The position numbers were made by a program, and so were the translations under genes. Shown in pieces: positions 1 through 11,298 of a stretch of 64,000 nucleotides of DNA. The stretch is taken from NCBI GenBank assembly GCA_951406725.2, contig OX597831.1, forward strand, positions 12,524,001 through 12,588,000. The letters run 5' to 3'. Origin of the DNA: Octopus vulgaris. Taxonomy: Eukaryota. Under the pieces are notes generated by a model. The model did not search any database. It had not been told where the DNA came from and saw only the letters and a list, made by a program, of their open reading frames with translations. Each line of letters starts with the position of its first letter. Within the stretch, counting starts at the first letter, position 1.

Positions 1-51
1 GAATACAAATCAAACTTGTTGGTGTGTATGTGTGTATTTATATATATATAT

Positions 52-238
52 CATCATCATCATCGTTTAGCGTCCGCTTTCCATGCTAGCATGGGTTGGA
101 CGGTTCAACTGGGGTCTGGGAAGCCAGAAGGCTGCACCAGGCCCAGTCTGATCTGGCAATGTTTCTACGGCTGGATGCCCTTCCTAACGCCAACCACTCC
201 GTGAGTGTAATGGGTGCTTTTTACGTGCCACCGGCACA
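52..238 (-). mobile_element. SINE family C (RTE-type (GAT)n tail), well-preserved 3' part
   Basis: Minus strand reads ...ggttggcgttaggaagggcatccagccgtagaaac...ccgtccaacccatgctagcatggaaagcggacgctaaacgatgatgatg; closely similar copies at 13516, 23097, 30610 and 57862. Confidence 0.85.
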
Positions 239-1338
239 TGCAACATACATGTTGATAGTTATGTGATTGGATATGTGCATGCACATTTATGCTTTCAGAA
301 GCAAATATATGTATATACACACATGTAAGAGTGTTTACATGTTTATGTGAGAGAGAGGGGGGAGTGAGTAGGGTGGAGGGTGTGAATATAGCTGAGTTCC
401 AACGAATGTAACCATATATGCGAATTAAAAAAAAAAGCAAAATCATTGTGCAAACAAGAATAGATCTCTTTATCACTATCAGAAAATGCTCTCAAAGAAA
501 TGCAAGTGACGTATGAATAAAACTGAAGCTTCCAGCCAAGGATAGCTATTGACAGATATATCATGGTTGCAGGATTGGATTAGTTCTCATACAAAATATC
601 TCTGCATAACAATTCCAATGAATGATTGTTAAAAGTACTGCAGGCATATCTGCACTATGTTTATGGAACTGACTATAGTATCAAAGCTTCATATTACAAC
701 ACCATTACCTAAAGAGTACTTAAGTCATTGTCATGATGTTACTCTCATCAGTAGGGGTAGAATACAAGAGGATTTGTAAGGTAAGTAGATTTATTTAATG
801 AGATTAGATGGTAACAGCAATAACAATAATAATGATAAATAGTGAAAAATAATCATTTTTTTGCCACAAGGGTTATGGACGACTGGAAATTGTTGACACA
901 GCAAGGAAAAGATGGTTAATCACTTATATAAAAAATAATACGTTGTGAGTAGCAGGATGGTGTGGGGGAGAATTGTTTGCTTGGATTACTTAACATCAGA
1001 TTTTTATTGTGAAATAATTGATTTCGATAGATTTTGGCAACAATTCTCTTAAGAACTTGAGACATATCTGTGTATATGTCTGTGTGTGAGAGAGAGAATA
1101 TATACATATTCATATACACATACAAATGTACATTTATATATATATATATATTTAAGGTATATTCTGCTAGGAATGTAGCGGAGTACAGTACAGGGCTTGT
1201 TCAGCCTTAGAATTACAGAATAGCCGGTAGTATTACAATATACTTCTAAGTCTAGATTTGGGCATTTGTTGTCTGTGAAAATAAAGTTGAATAAGATAGA
1301 GTCAACAAGAAGGGGTATGGTTGGGCTGTTATTTTTTA

Positions 1339-1407
1339 ATCACTACAAATGTTTCTAAGCAACCGTTTACCTGTATAATGGGATCCAGTTGTATTTCCTC
1401 AGGTGAT
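1339..1407 (-). ncRNA. Minimal type-I hammerhead ribozyme-like motif
   Basis: Minus strand: ATCAC-CTGAGGA-[40 nt containing caactg/cggttg helix]-GAAAC-attt-GTA-GTGAT; perfect 5-bp stem I and intact core; base of stem II is imperfect. Confidence 0.6.
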
Positions 1408-1513
1408 ATCCAATTGCTGTCTCCATTAGTTAAAAAATATTTGACTTCAGTACTAATACACATGTTAGGATTGAAGTCAAAGGTTTTTTAACTAATGGAG
1501 ACAGCAATTGGAT

Positions 1514-1619
1514 ATCACCCGAGGATATACAACCGGATCCTATTATACAGGTAAACAGTTGCATAATCAAATACCTGTATGTATGAAAAACTATGTTTTA
1601 TGGAAACATTTGTGGTGAT
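1514..1619 (+). ncRNA. Degenerate hammerhead-like motif (mirror copy)
   Basis: ATCAC-CCGAGGA-...-GAAAC-attt-GTG-GTGAT; core U>C change, non-cleavable GUG triplet, and ~37 extra nt before GAAAC. Confidence 0.45.
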
Positions 1620-1676
1620 TAAGAAATAACTGTCAAACCATACTCCTTCTTGTTGAATCTATTTTATTCAATTATA

Positions 1677-2914
1677 CATGGTGCGTAAGATATTTGAGGA
1701 CATACCTTTTTTGAGTCACTGCTGCATTTTTTGCTAACCCTGTATAATATTTGTTTCAGAAAATAATAATAGCAGACCCTCAGCTTACTCAAAAAATGAA
1801 GAGACATGCTGTTATTGTGGTTAAAAAAGCTGAGCATAGTGATTTAGAAATACCTCAATTTTTAAAAATTGCCAGATCTTTCATCTGCAGGGTTTGTAAG
1901 GTGCTAGAGACTGAAGTTGGAAACATATCACCAGTATCAAAGTATAAAAAGCATTCTAAATACTCTGAAATCATTAGAACACCTGAATTTATCCAACAAG
2001 TTCAAAAGACCACTGATTACAATCCCAGAAAGTCCATGTGGTCAATTGCAAAAGATCTCCATGTGTCAGAAGGAACAGTCAGAAATGTTGCCCATAAAGA
2101 CATCAGATAAGTCTTATATGATGAGGAAAGGTCAATTTGTCAGGAAAAGCAAAAGAAAATCACTACATCAGACCTAAAAGGCTCTTAAACAAACTGAAAA
2201 AGTCATCAGAAAAAGATTTGATTTGGTTTTCCTCAAACGAGAAAAACCGACCAAGATCAAAAAGTTACCAGAAAAAATGACAGATGATTATCTGCAAACC
2301 TTTCTGAAGTTCCAACTGTTATGCATACAAAATTTCCTGCAACTGTCATGTTTTTAGGGGTTGACAGTAATGAAGGACATGTGATGCCTCCTTACTTCTT
2401 TCCACAAGACCTTAGAGTCAACTCTGCCACCTACATCGAGGTCCTGGAAATAATTAAGCTGTGGTAGACAGTGTATGCAATAGAAGGCCATATGTGTTTC
2501 AGTAAGACTATGCACTATCACACATGGCTCTATTAATGGATGGCTGAAAATTTTCATGATCACATAACTCCTAACATTTGGTCTCCTAATTCCCCAGATC
2601 TCAATCCATGTGGAGCATTGTTGAGAAATAGGTCAATGAACATGCCAATAACACCAAAGATTCTTTGAAAGTTGCCACAGTCAGAGTAATGTCCAAAATG
2701 AACCAGGACCATTTGATTCGAGCGTGTAGATGATTTAGATCTCATATAGAAACAGCTGCTGATGACAAAGGTGGCTTTATTGAATAACATTATAGAAAAG
2801 GAGGGTCATTTTTATTCTCATAGTATTTTTTGATAAATAAAGTTATTATCTGTTATTATATATGTTTTTTCTTTTATAAACATAAATCTGTCCTCGAACA
2901 TCTTACACATGCTG
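1677..2914 (+). mobile_element. Full-length, decayed Tc1/mariner-superfamily DNA transposon (maT/DD37D-like)
   Basis: ~28-bp imperfect TIRs (catggtgcgtaagatatttgaggaca / tgtcctcgaacatcttacacatgctg) with TA on both sides; interrupted transposase inside. Confidence 0.9.
1769..2790 (+). pseudogene. Transposase pseudogene (frameshifts and stops)
   Basis: N-terminal HTH region in ORF 1751-2110 (..RKSMWSIAKDLHVSEGTVRN..); later motifs FSNEK (FSDEK-like), GVDSNEGHVMPPYFFPQDLRVNSATYIEVL, FQ*DYALSH and WSPNSPDLNP in shifting frames. Confidence 0.88.
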
Positions 2915-2929
2915 TATATATATATACAC

Positions 2930-3003
2930 ACTAACATTGGTTGTCAAATGATGGTGGGGCAACAAACACAGACATAAAGACACACTCACATAAATATATA
3001 TAT

Positions 3004-3049
<46 letters not shown>

Positions 3050-3185
3050 AGCTTCTTTTAGTTTCCATCTATCAAATCCACTCACAAGGCTTTGGCTGGT
3101 TTGAGATTATAGTAGAAGCCACACAGTGGCACTAAACCCAGAACCATGTGGTTGGGAAGCAAGTTTCTTACCACAGAGCCACTAA
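2930..3185 (-). mobile_element. SINE family A (tRNA-derived head, internal (TA)n/(CA)n)
   Basis: Reverse complement of the head gtggctgtgtggtaagaa..cttcccaaccacatggttctgggttcagt, plus gccttgtgagtggatttg. Confidence 0.8.
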
Positions 3186-3596
3186 TAGATGTACATGTAG
3201 ATAGATAGGTAGGTAGAGGGATAGGTAGACAAATAGATAAATAAACAGATAGATATATGAACACACATATATGGATATATATGTACACACACAGAGGAAT
3301 GCAACCATGCTGGAACACCACATTGAAGGGTATATTTAAGTGATCAGATCAGCTCCAGAAGAAATTTTAAGCCTGCTAGTTATTCTATCACCTCACTTTT
3401 GCCAAACTGTTAAGTTGTAAGCATAAAAACATGCCTACACTGCTTGACAAGTGGTGAAAGATAAACACAAATGTGCACAGTATATATATATATATATATA
3501 TAAAATAGTGCATATAAAAAGCACCCACTACACTCTAGGAGTGGTTGGCATCAGCAAGACATGTATTATTAATAAAATCTATGTATATACATATAC

Positions 3597-3802
3597 TTTT
3601 CTACTCTAGGCACAAGACCTGTAATTTTGGGGGAGGGGGCCAGTCAATTAGATTAACCCCAGTATGCAACTGGTACTTAATTTATCGACTCTAAAAGGCT
3701 GAAAGGCAAAGTCGACCTCAGTGGAATTTGAACTCAGAACGTAAAGACAAACAAAATACTGCTAAGCATTTCGTTCAGCGTGCTAACATTTCTGCCAGCT
3801 CA
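3597..3802 (-). mobile_element. SINE family B (tRNA head plus Meta-like core)
   Basis: Reverse-complement match to the copy at 26703-26918; core ggtcgactttgcctttca...gtcgataaattaagtaccag. Confidence 0.85.
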
Positions 3803-4587
3803 CATACACACGCACACACACATGAAATGATTTACTTACCACCATCCCCTCACACACACACACATCTATATATATATGAAGATATCACCTGCTATCAGTC
3901 CTGCTGTAATGGGATTTTGATTGAGATTCCACTTTAACTATGAATAATACTTATCTACAGGCAGTCTCTGCCAGTTTTATATTAAAAGTGTTAAAGATAA
4001 TCAAAAGTTTTTTCTTCTTTCCATCTATACTTGGAATAAATAGACAAAGCAATCTTAAATAAAGTAAGTTACAACTTGTAAGAATACAAAGGCATTTGTT
4101 GGACTGTCTGTCCAAGTTTCTGTTTTCACCATTTTTATTCGAAAATGTAAGCCAACTATTGTTAAGAAAAGGTTTTCACTGAGTGAAGAAAGCGGAAAAT
4201 TTCAGATGCTGGACAAACCAACTAAATTATCATCATTTTTATTAAGATATTCTGCTGTATCTTTACATGACATTTCTTTGGCTTACTCTGCTTTATTTTC
4301 TCTTTTTATTTTTTGGTTCAAGATTTCATCAGAAGAGGAAAAACAAAACCTATGATCTTTTCCAGGGACTCCATGAGTGGTGTGAGGAAGAGAGGAAGTT
4401 CTTTTCAGACTGAAGCCCTACCCTAAATGCTTGCAACAATGTGGACAACACTGAAAGTATCTGAAGGTCAGTTGGTGGTGCTGAACTGGGCAACAGATTA
4501 TTTGCTGGTAAAAAAATGCACAGTTATATTAAACACACCTCAATTTCAGTAGCATATATTTAGGCAAAAAGGTTTTTAGTGTATACA

Positions 4588-4990
4588 AAGGCACATGCAT
4601 AGCTGTGTGGTAAGAAGATCACTTCCCAACTACATGGTTCTGGGTTCAGTCCTACATCGTGGCACCTTGGGTGAGTGCCTTCTACTATAGCCTCAGACTG
4701 ACCAAAGCCTTGTGAGTGGATTTGGTAGATAGAAATTAAAAAAAGCCCATCATATATATTTGTGTGTGTGTGTGTGCATGCATTTGTGCTCCCCCTACCC
4801 TCTGCCCAACACTTGACAACTGGTGTTGGTGTGTTTATGTCCTTGCAATTTAGAAGTTTGACAAAAGAGATCAACAGCATGAGTACTAGATTTAAAAAAT
4901 AAGTCCTGGGGTTTATTCGCTTGACTACAATTCTTCAAGGCTGTGCCCCAGTATGGCTGTGGTCTAATGACTGAAAAAAGATAAAAGGTA
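4588..4990 (+). mobile_element. SINE family A, near full length
   Basis: Head gctgtgtggtaagaag..ggttctgggttcagtcc, ccttgggtgagtg, internal (TG)n, tail tgactgaaaaaagataaaag; same layout as 59289-59695. Confidence 0.85.
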
Positions 4991-5333
4991 GGATATAGGC
5001 TCAACTTCACATGTAGGACATGGAGGTAATGTTTTTTGAGATATTTAAAAAAAAAAACAAAGTGCATATTATACACAACCAAATATGGTAAGACTGCCCC
5101 CTCCAAAATCATTTTCACCCATAATAATAAAAAAATAAAGCATGAGAAAAATAAAAATAATATTTGGCAGGATAGTCATTTGCCTGCTGCCATTTGTTGA
5201 CGCTGCATCGAAAAGGCCAAAGAAAAAATGAGAAAGAAAAGAACGTACTTAACACCAGAGCTGAAGACACCTCTGAGGGGGGAGAGCACACCACATTGAA
5301 AATGGTAGAGAAGTAGGGGCTGAAGCCGGACGT

Positions 5334-5412
5334 GGCTCCTGATGATGTCTTTAGCCACAGGATCCTATAAAGGAGCTGTTGAGTTAGCGAACCACGAAAC
5401 ATGGTTGGAATT
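5334..5412 (+). ncRNA. Minimal hammerhead-like motif with long stem II
   Basis: CTGATGA (5339-5345)-t-GT..[acag..tcct-ataa-agga..ctgt hairpin]..AC-GAAAC (5396-5400)-atg-GTT; stem I poorly paired. Confidence 0.5.
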
Positions 5413-6483
5413 CTTCCCTCTCATGCCAATATGGAAATATGGTAGATAGGCAAAACAACTCTCTAAAAATACAGATATGGTGTATTATGGAAGAAAGAAC
5501 CATCAACATACTAACAAGGGGCAAAGCATTGAAGAAAAAGAATAAGGAAACTAAATCAGTTGTATTTAAATGAAATGGACAATAGTAAACTTAAGAAATC
5601 TATATTTGATTTCTAACAGAGAAACAAGGCCACACATTGTGGAGGAGTGTATAGTCAATAAATTGATTCCTCTATTTCATTTGTTCTTTATCCTACTGAC
5701 CCCGGAAGGATGAAAGGGAAAAATTGATTTCAGCAGGATTTAATCACAAACTGGAAAGGGTTGTAACTGAATACCACAAGGTATTTTGTCAGATGTTCTA
5801 ATGATTCTGTAATATTTATAATCAATTGTAACATCAGTACTGAATTATCACTCTGATAATGAACTAGAAGCATATATACGGAAACACACACACACACAAA
5901 ACTAACTAGATACAATAACTAGAACTACATCTCCAAGGGAAGTAGTAATTAATGTAACATATCAAATGCAATTAACATTATATTTAAAATAGAAGTAATT
6001 AACGATATTTCCATGTTCAAAAATATAGTAAGACTGGTGAGAAAAGTATAAATTTTGATCAAGTAATTAGCTGTCAATAATGTATTAAGTCAGGTAATTG
6101 ATGGAGTCAGCCACATTAATACTTCCCTATTTCAGCATAAACATTCAATTTATTAGCAACACTTTAAATGGACAATTCATGAAAATCATTTCAAGATGCT
6201 TTCTATTGTTAAATATCTATCACATTTGAACCCTTCATACTCCATCATTCTGCCAGCGATCATACTGAATCTGTTGCATTACCCATTTGCAATGAGTAAG
6301 GAGTATCTTATTCAACATACAAGTGCAGGCACGTGTGAATGATTACATGGTTACAAAGTTCGATTTGGAACCATATGGTTACGGTGCGAATGCTGTAAGC
6401 TGGTGCTCTGCCCCATACTACAGCTGCATGTTGACCAATAGCATGTGAGTAAATGTAGGTAGACAGAAGATAAAGTAGCTTGT

Positions 6484-6516
<33 letters not shown>

Positions 6517-6809
6517 AGTCACTGGCATGGTTATGTAGTGGAGCAGTCTGCCCTTCAACTACACAGTTTTGGATTCAGTTCCACAGAATGTCACATTGGG
6601 TAAGTGTTTTCTCTACCCAAAACTCTACCATAAACTCAGTTGTTTGGTAAAAGGAGCTTATAGAAGTACCAGAATTAAAAATCCTTGAATTTCAGAGCTC
6701 CAGCATGGGCATAGCCCACCGACTGAAACAGCATATAATATATATATATATATATATATAAAACACACTCATGCATATGCGCACATGAACACATACACAT
6801 ATAAAGACC

Positions 6810-7135
6810 CCTTTTGGTCATGAATGGCCATGAGTTTGTACTTAGAAAGTTCTCCTCCAAAGCACAAGTCTGGGCAAGGTTTTAATGGAAGACCAGCAGT
6901 TGTCCACACATACCAACCTTCTCTCTCCATGCCACTGATGTTATCCAAGAGAAAAGCAAAGGGACCAATACTGTTTGGCACCAGTGACATTGCAACTCAT
7001 TTCTACAGCTGAATGAACTGCAGCAATGTGAAGTAAAGTGTCTTGCTCAAGAACACAACACAACCCAGTACTGGAATTAAACTCACTACCTTGTGATTGT
7101 GAGCCTGATGCTCTAACCATCGAGCCATGTACCAC
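6810..7135 (-). mobile_element. SINE family D (tRNA head plus CORE-like gtgtccttgagcaagacactt motif)
   Basis: Shares agcaatgtgaa.taaagtgtcttgctcaag.acac and the tRNA-like head with 26925-27150, 34760-35058 and 37670-37907. Confidence 0.75.
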
Positions 7136-7942
7136 CCAACTTAAAATTTGTATGTTCTCCTTTTTATATTTTTTACTATAATTCACATGGAATATATTTT
7201 TTTAACCTTTTCACTATATACATGAATGTAATGTCCCTGTGTAAGTATGTGTATATATAATGGCTTATAAATTCAATAATATAATTATATACAAAACTTA
7301 GAAATAATTTTCCTACTGAGGAGTATTTTTTAAATAAATTATCAAAAATTCATTTGATTATTGTATTTTCATTATAAAAGACAGATTAAAAGATTCTTCT
7401 ATGAAATGAGGGGTTAGAGGTCTTTGAGGATATAAATCTGAGGGAAATGAAAAATTGTTGATCAACACCGCAGATAATTACTGCATTTGCTGGTATTTTG
7501 CTTAGTTTATTTTTAAGTATATATAAAAAAAAGTTGTCCTGCATCTACTGTGGCCATATTATGGGTGGGAGACCAAGCACCATAGATAAGGGAGCCTGAT
7601 AAGCCTACATCTGCTAGGCACAATAATTGCAACTTATGGTAAAATACTGAAAGCAAATCAAAATATCACAGTCTGTTAGCAGAAACTTAAGTAAAATTGC
7701 TTATGGTACATCAGTTGGGAGATAACATTATCTTATTGTGCCTCTTTCCTCAGGATACACAAACTACACTTGATGTGTATTTTACATTATTTAATGACAG
7801 TTACCTTTAAGAAAAATTTAATTATTTAAAAGAAAATTCTCCAAGAAAAATGAAAGGAATGCTAAACTTCCATCCATATGGTGGCTGATCATGATAACAC
7901 GAAACATAAATGTTACATCCTGTATGACAATTCTCTTGACCA

Positions 7943-8159
7943 AAATATAAACAACTAAGCAGCTGATCTGAAAGAAGGTAAAAGTGAAATACAGTAGTCT
8001 CTTAAAGTAGTATCCTCATTTAACCATACTGGCATGGGTTAGATGGTTTGACAGTACAGAAGATGGACATTAAATGATGATAATGATTATACTAGTTAAA
8101 GGAACTACTGTATTTCACCTTTAACTGCTTTCAAATCAGCTGCAGAGTTGATTATATTT
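7943..8159. repeat. Fold-back inverted repeat (~70-bp arms)
   Basis: gcagctgatctgaaagaaggtaaaagtgaaatacagtagt vs actactgtatttcacctttaactgctttcaaatcagctgc; centre holds SINE-C tail scraps in both orientations. Confidence 0.8.
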
Positions 8160-8267
8160 ATGAATTTACGGTTTCATACTTTATCCCAGTATATTGTCAC
8201 AAATATTGTACTTACATCACAGAATCATACTTTCCGCACCAACAAAGCAACTTTTGAAATATCTCTC

Positions 8268-8710
8268 ATCACCATCATCATTTAGCTTTATTTTACTATG
8301 TCTGCACGGGCCAGAAAAATTTCATTGAGGCAGATTTTCTAATGCCAGAGGCTCTTCCTGTCACCAGCCCTTATTAGTTTCCAGGTAAGGTAATATTTTC
8401 CCAAACTCTTTGAACATGAACAGTACAATGGCCAGACATGTTTTCACATAAAATTGTAAATGAAAGAGACTGATTGTAAAAGGATGGCATTTATTTACAA
8501 TCTGCATGCAATTTCAAGACAAGGACACACCCACACACACACACACAGATGAAAAGCATCTTTCAATTTCCATCAACCAAATCTACACACAAAGCTTTTA
8601 TTGACTTGGGGCTGTAGTAGAAGACACTTGCCCATGGGGACTTAACTCCGTGGGATTGTATACAAAACCATGTTGCTACAAGATGAACATCATAAGCACA
8701 CGGTCATTCA
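8268..8710 (-). mobile_element. Composite SINE: family A head plus family-C-like (GAT)n tail, decayed
   Basis: Same layout as 15338-15785, 28164-28578, 33822-34350 (-) and 36098-36480, 48982-49445 (+). Confidence 0.7.
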
Positions 8711-9235
8711 CACGCAAGCATGTGTGGGTTTGTTTCTCCCATGTATATTGGCAAAAAATATACAAAAAATCAATGTGTTCATGAGAAAAATAACTTGTGG
8801 TATTTATTTTGCCTGAATCATATCCCCGTCACTCTAGCTATTGGTAATGCAGTGAATCAGTGATTGGCCTGCTGGAATTCTACAAGCAACAACTTGTTTA
8901 CAAAATGTATGATACAAAATTAAAAAAAAAAAACGTAGCATAAAATTTCTGTTGTATAATCTACTTCAATTTCAAAGGGTTAACATCACAATAATATTTA
9001 TTTTCTAAGCAACTACAAGTTGATTTCTTTTTTTCAGCTAATAAAATATCATTATCATTATTTTATTTATTATTTTTTTTAAATGTAGAAATCAATCCTT
9101 AAGTTAAAAGAAAAAAAATCACGAAATTTAAAAAAAAATGCAAAATGAAATGAAAAATTACAGAAAGAATAATGCAAACATTATTGGTTACAGCAAAATC
9201 AAAAGATGAAACTAAAGATTTACAAAAACAGTCAT

Positions 9236-9261
9236 GTATGTAAGTGTGTATACATATGTGT

Positions 9262-9322
<61 letters not shown>

Positions 9323-9355
9323 TACATACCTATACAAACGTGTGTATATATATAC

Positions 9356-9392
<37 letters not shown>

Positions 9393-9560
9393 AATATATA
9401 AACCTACATACCTATACAAACGTGTATATATATATGTATGTATGTATGTATGTATATATATATAGCTACATATATATGCAAACATATATACACCTATGTA
9501 CATATACAAACATATATACACCTATATACATATACAAGCATATATGGATACATGTAGATG

Positions 9561-9600
<40 letters not shown>

Positions 9601-9688
9601 TATTTTTTTTACATATCTATATCCATACAATATATATGTGCACATATTTGCATGCAAATACACATATACACATACACGTGTGTGTACG

Positions 9689-9720
<32 letters not shown>

Positions 9721-9790
9721 TATATGTAAGTACATATATATATATACATATGTATACGTGTGTGTGTGTGTGTGTGTATGTGTTTCCATG
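9236..9790. repeat. Compound (TA)n/(TATG)n/(TG)n microsatellite field
   Basis: ~550 bp of low complexity including a duplicated unit tatataaacctacatacctatacaaacgtgt. Confidence 0.95.
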
Positions 9791-10832
9791 TGTACAGGCC
9801 AGCAAATCAAAGTAACACATACAAATTGGTATTCCAAAGTGAAATTACTTGTGTATAGCCTCAGCCAATCAAATTAGAATACTTAAAATTTCAAGCCATC
9901 TAACCAACATACTGAATACAAAGCCAGTAGCACAATCCAATATATAATGAAAATGTGATGTACAGAACCACTTATTACATATTCTAAATACTACAGAATA
10001 TTGAGTGAACATGGGAAACCAACAAGCATGTTTGTGTCTGCATGACTATTTGATCTGTTAAAATTAGTGACTAAATTTTTCTCAAATTACAAACACCATT
10101 ATGTGTGTGTATGTGTGTACGTGTGTGTGTGTGTGTATACACATCTATCTTTCTGTCTTTTTATCTATTTGTATACAAATGTGTTCATAGATATATAGAT
10201 ACATTTGCGTCATCTAATATTCATGCTTCATGCTGTCACTGGTTGGATGGTTTGTCAGGATCCGATGGGCCCAAGGACTGCAGTGTGCTCTAATACCTGC
10301 TTTGGTATGCTTTCTATGGCTGGATGATCTTCCTAATGCCAAGCACTTTACAGCATGTATTGAGTGCCTTTTTCATGCCACCAGCCCTAGTCAGGCTGTC
10401 ATGTAGTTTGCAAGACTATGAACCATGAGGGTGCAACTTCATGTCAGAAGATGAGTGGCATAAGATGAGCAAAAGAATGAATGAGAGAAGGTACCAGAGT
10501 AGAACAGGTTTCTTCTTGTAGAGGGGTTACATGACCACTGACATTTTAGAAGTGAGGGTAAGAGTGATCGAGTGGAGCTGGAGATCAACGGTGGGAGAAG
10601 AAATTACTGACAGCACTGAGTAAATGGTAGACAGGATAATGGTAGACTGATGAAATGGTAGACAAGATAATTTAGGCTAGAAAAAAGATAATGTGGTCAT
10701 GGCTGGCATGTCTTTGACTATAGGTCTGCTATTTCAACACTGATCAACGGTTAAACAACTACAAAAAATAATTTTTCTTTTCAATTTCTAAATACAGACA
10801 CCTGAATATATTAATGGAATTAAAATATATTC

Positions 10833-11043
10833 TTTTTTACTCTAGGCACAAGGCCCAAAATTTTGGGGGAAGGGGGCCAGTCGATTAGATTGACCCCAGT
10901 ACACAACTGGTACTTAATTGACTCCAAAAGGATGAAAGGCAAAGTTAACCTTGGCAGAATTTGAACTCAGAACGTAAAGAGAGATGAAATACCGCTAAGC
11001 ATTTCACCAAGTGTGCTAACATTTCTGTCAGCTCGCCACCTTA
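10833..11043 (-). mobile_element. SINE family B with 16-bp target-site duplication
   Basis: TSD gaattaaaatatattc at 10817-10832 and 11044-11059. Confidence 0.9.
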
Positions 11044-11107
11044 GAATTAAAATATATTCTCTGAAGAAAAATGGGTTCATAGTAAAGTTCATCATTTGCT
11101 GTTATCA

Positions 11108-11298
11108 TTCAACCCTTTTTGTTCCATCTATTACTGTTGAAGTATGCTGCCTTTGCTGTGATTGATTTTGAAGATAATAATTTAAAACAAAACCAAAGAT
11201 ATTTTGATGGAAGATTTTAATTTAGATGCTGCTAAAACAAAGTGCCTGTATCACTGAACCAAATAGTGGTTGTCTCAGGTAGGTTAGCAGCAAAAGGA
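11108..11298 (+). mobile_element. Decayed copy of the TTAA/piggyBac-type MITE family
   Basis: aacccttttt... / ...cagcaaaagg ends and internal similarity to 44876-45093. Confidence 0.6.

Larger units (their letters stand above)
1287..1671. repeat. Long imperfect inverted repeat (~170-bp arms, centre ~1460), probable Penelope-like inverted terminal remnant
   Basis: ttgaataagatagagtcaacaagaaggggtatgg...ttgacttcag is the reverse complement of ttgaagtcaa...ccatactccttcttgttgaatctattttattcaa, with one ~40-nt bulge (1563-1602); (TA)n lies at 1135-1151. Confidence 0.9.

Noticed and set aside
573-786. Plus-strand donor AAG|gtaagt with upstream AG acceptors
   Set aside because: Frames examined are closed by stops, no recognisable product, no partner exon
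4365-4470. Exon-like or mariner C-terminus-like stretch (HEW..KFFSD)
   Set aside because: Stops in all frames and similarity too short to support
7880-7920. CTGATCA...cGAAAC-ataaat-GTT
   Set aside because: Core G mutated and stem I out of register; too weak to call
9330-9877. Overlapping ORFs up to 151 aa rich in Y/I/C/V/H/T
   Set aside because: Translations of (TA)n/(CA)n microsatellites; the same applies to most ORFs in the track
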